A stretch of DNA of 64,000 bases, taken from contig JACJXX010000002.1 in NCBI GenBank assembly GCA_020636435.1, forward strand, positions 2,722,921 to 2,786,920. Direction: 5' to 3'. The translations under genes were made by a program, and so were the position numbers. The stretch comes from Lewinellaceae bacterium (GTDB lineage: Bacteria > Bacteroidota > Bacteroidia > Chitinophagales > Saprospiraceae). Shown here piece after piece: positions 62,094 through 64,000 of this stretch. Positions within the stretch are counted from its first letter, which is position 1. Each line of letters opens with the position of its first letter. The notes beneath the pieces are model-generated. The model saw only the letters and a list, made by a program, of their open reading frames with translations, had not been told where the DNA came from and did not search any database.

Positions 62094-63479
62094 ATGCAAC
62101 AAGTACAGGATTACATTCAGCAGAACAAGGAGCGTTATCTGGAAGAACTCTTTGGCCTGCTGCGCATCCCTTCCATTAGCGCCGACTCCGATTATAAAGA
62201 AGACGTCGTCAAAGCCGCCGAATTTGTGGCCGAAAGCCTGCGGCAGGCCGGCGCCGACAAAGTGGAAATCTGCACCACCCCCGGCAACCCCATTGTCTAC
62301 GGCGAAAAGATCATCGGCCCCGATAAACCGACGGTGCTGGTCTACGGCCACTACGACGTGCAGCCGCCCGACCCGCTGGAGCTTTGGGAGTCCGGGCCCT
62401 TCGAGCCGGTCATCAAAAAGACGGAAGAGCATCCCGCCGGCGCCATTTACGCCCGCGGCTCCTGCGACGATAAGGGGCAATTCTTCATGCACATCAAAGC
62501 CTTCGAGGCCATGAACGCCAAAGGAGCCCTGACCTGCAACATGAAGTTCATGATCGAAGGCGAAGAGGAGGTAGGGTCCAGCCACCTGGGCACGTTCTGC
62601 CGGGAGAACGCCGGCAAACTAGCCTGCGACACCATCCTCATCTCCGATACTTCCATCATTGCCAACGACGTGCCGTCGATCACCGTCGGGCTGCGCGGGC
62701 TGAGTTACGTCGAGGTGGAAGTCACCGGCCCCAACCGCGACCTGCACTCCGGGGTGTACGGCGGCGCGGTGGCCAACCCCATTAACGTGCTCTGCGACAT
62801 GATCGCCTCCCTGCAGGATGAGAACCGCCGCATTACCATACCTGGCTTTTATGATGATGTGGTAGCGCTGAGCGCCGCCGAACGGGCTAAGATGAATGAA
62901 GCCCCGTTCGACCTGGAGCATTATAAAAAAGACCTGGCTATTGGCGACATACAGGGCGAAACCGGGTTCACTACCCTGGAACGGGTCTCCATCCGCCCGA
63001 CGCTGGACGTCAACGGCATCTGGGGGGGCTACATCGGCAAAGGGGCCAAGACCGTGCTGCCTTCCAAGGCTTCCGCCAAGATCAGCATGCGCCTGGTACC
63101 CAACCAGGATCCGGACAAGATCACCGAGCTCTTCACCCGGCATTTCGAAAGCATCGCCCCCCCCTCGGTTAAAGTTAAGGTGATACCCCATCACGGCGGC
63201 CAGCCGGCGGTGACGCCGACAGATACCCCGGAATATAAGGCGGCCTCGAAGGCTATGGAAAAGGCCTTTGGAAAAACGCCGATCCCCGCGCGCGAAGGCG
63301 GCAGCATTCCCATTGTAGCCCTGTTCGAGGAAGTGCTCGGCGCCAAGAGCATCCTTATGGGCTTCGGGCTGGACTCCGACGCCATCCACTCGCCAAACGA
63401 GCACTACGGGCTGTTTAATTTTTACAAAGGGATAGAAACGATTCCGTACTTTTATGATTATTATGCGAAAATGAAGTAA
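62094..63479 (+). CDS. M20-family dipeptidase
   Basis: 461 aa, with VLVYGHYDVQP, GSCDDKGQ and MIEGEEEVGS metal/catalytic motifs. Confidence 0.85.
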   Translation: MQQVQDYIQQNKERYLEELFGLLRIPSISADSDYKEDVVKAAEFVAESLRQAGADKVEICTTPGNPIVYGEKIIGPDKPTVLVYGHYDVQPPDPLELWESGPFEPVIKKTEEHPAGAIYARGSCDDKGQFFMHIKAFEAMNAKGALTCNMKFMIEGEEEVGSSHLGTFCRENAGKLACDTILISDTSIIANDVPSITVGLRGLSYVEVEVTGPNRDLHSGVYGGAVANPINVLCDMIASLQDENRRITIPGFYDDVVALSAAERAKMNEAPFDLEHYKKDLAIGDIQGETGFTTLERVSIRPTLDVNGIWGGYIGKGAKTVLPSKASAKISMRLVPNQDPDKITELFTRHFESIAPPSVKVKVIPHHGGQPAVTPTDTPEYKAASKAMEKAFGKTPIPAREGGSIPIVALFEEVLGAKSILMGFGLDSDAIHSPNEHYGLFNFYKGIETIPYFYDYYAKMK

Positions 63480-63630
63480 GGGGTGAGGAAATAAATAAGC
63501 TACTCAAAATGACGAAGGTATTTTTTCTTCGCGCATTTGACGCGCATAGTGGGGCTACGTAAGGAAAATGCAACGAAGCATAAAGGAAAAAGACCAAGTC
63601 AGATGGGTAGGTTATTTGTTACGTCACCCC
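63480..63630. mobile_element. family C MITE-like element, copy C3 (151 bp)
   Basis: TIRs are GGGGTGAGGAAATAAATAAG... and ...GTTATTTGTTACGTCACCCC. It is flanked by TAA at 63477-63479 (the dipeptidase stop codon) and 63631-63633. Confidence 0.7.
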
Positions 63631-63650
63631 TAAACAATTTTTAGGCAAAA

Positions 63651-63674
63651 AAACCGGCCACAACCGGCCGGTTT
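63651..63674. terminator. bidirectional intrinsic-terminator-like hairpin
   Basis: AAACCGGCC (63651-63659) pairs with GGCCGGTTT (63666-63674). On the minus strand the GC stem is followed by a 7-nt T run. Confidence 0.55.
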
Positions 63675-63827
63675 CCAAAAGAGCTTTGAGAGGCTATCTA
63701 CATGCCAAAATTGAGGGCGTCCTTTGATACCCCCGAAATCTTTCATAGGAATTTAATTGCATTCGCGGGATTTGCACCTGCGATTGCCCCACCTTTCCTG
63801 TAAATCCCGTTTATCCCGTCATCCTGT

Positions 63828-64000
63828 CTACTGTTTCACCATAACCGCTACCTCGATATCCTCTCCATCACTGATTACAATCGAATAAAAACCGGCCGGC
63901 AGGCCTTTGAATTCCAGTACCACTTCATCCCCTTCCATCCGGCGACGGAACGGAACCGGTTCGCCGAGCAGGGTGAAAACGCCGATTTGCAGCTTTTCGG
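63828..64000 (-). CDS. C-terminal T9SS sorting domain of a cargo protein continuing beyond the window (partial)
   Basis: The minus-strand frame is open to the window edge and ends ...EKLQIGVFTLLGEPVPFRRRMEGDEVVLEFKGLPAGFYSIVISDGEDIEVAVMVKQ, with the stop at 63828-63830. Confidence 0.6.
   Translation of the reverse strand, partial: EKLQIGVFTLLGEPVPFRRRMEGDEVVLEFKGLPAGFYSIVISDGEDIEVAVMVKQ

Noticed and set aside
1-64000. tRNA, rRNA, tmRNA or RNase P genes.
   Set aside because: No T-loop-like GGTTCGAATCC/GTTCAAATC motif in an intergenic context was seen, and no rRNA-like sequence. All spacers are explained by repeats, promoters or the AT-rich region. This was not tested with covariance models.
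1-64000. A defence island, prophage, conjugative element or toxin-antitoxin pair as the hidden system.
   Set aside because: No integrase, transposase, nuclease/helicase/ATPase defence-type architectures, phage structural genes or small paired ORFs were recognised. The gene content is housekeeping and envelope biogenesis.

Overview
This is a 64-kb chromosomal window from a GC-rich Bacteroidota genome. The phylum call rests on type IX secretion (T9SS) markers: a PorP/SprF gene, a PorV/PorQ-like barrel and four Por_Secre_tail-type C-terminal sorting domains. It is also supported by TAnnTTTG -7 promoter boxes. A Saprospiria-like origin is only an inference. I call about 57 protein-coding genes, almost all ordinary housekeeping or envelope functions. 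They include glmM, two class-V PLP enzymes, yggS, gatC, kdsB, cdd, a ribB-type gene, a cystathionine beta-synthase-like gene, a carboxy(nor)spermidine dehydrogenase/decarboxylase pair, prmC, nnr, cdaA, M1/S9/M20 peptidases, a TonB-dependent receptor and glycosyltransferases. I found no rRNA, tRNA, CRISPR, transposase, phage or recognisable defence genes. The unusual content is non-coding. Nearly every intergenic spacer longer than about 80 bp holds palindromic, MITE-like elements or short-period (6-10 nt) word arrays. I delimited about thirty such units. They fall into several repeat families (named A-E, H, I, J and Q here) plus singleton palindromes. Several have perfect terminal inverted repeats (TIRs) and perfect target-site duplications (TSDs) of 8, 9 or 10 bp, with 6-bp and 3-4-bp direct-repeat classes elsewhere. 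Some are inserted inside one another, and several insertion junctions fall exactly on stop codons. Secondary observations are four proteins whose family-defining catalytic residues are substituted: an arginase-fold agmatinase-like protein, an NlpC/P60 protein, the GTP-cyclohydrolase-II-like half of RibB, and an alpha/beta-hydrolase T9SS cargo. Others are a T9SS cargo with a 369-bp tandem repeat next to PorP/SprF, an orphan T9SS sorting-domain remnant, a 101-bp tandem repeat that encodes the ribB 3' end, and a 510-bp AT-rich ORF-free spacer. All functional calls come from motif recognition by eye, and no database search was run.
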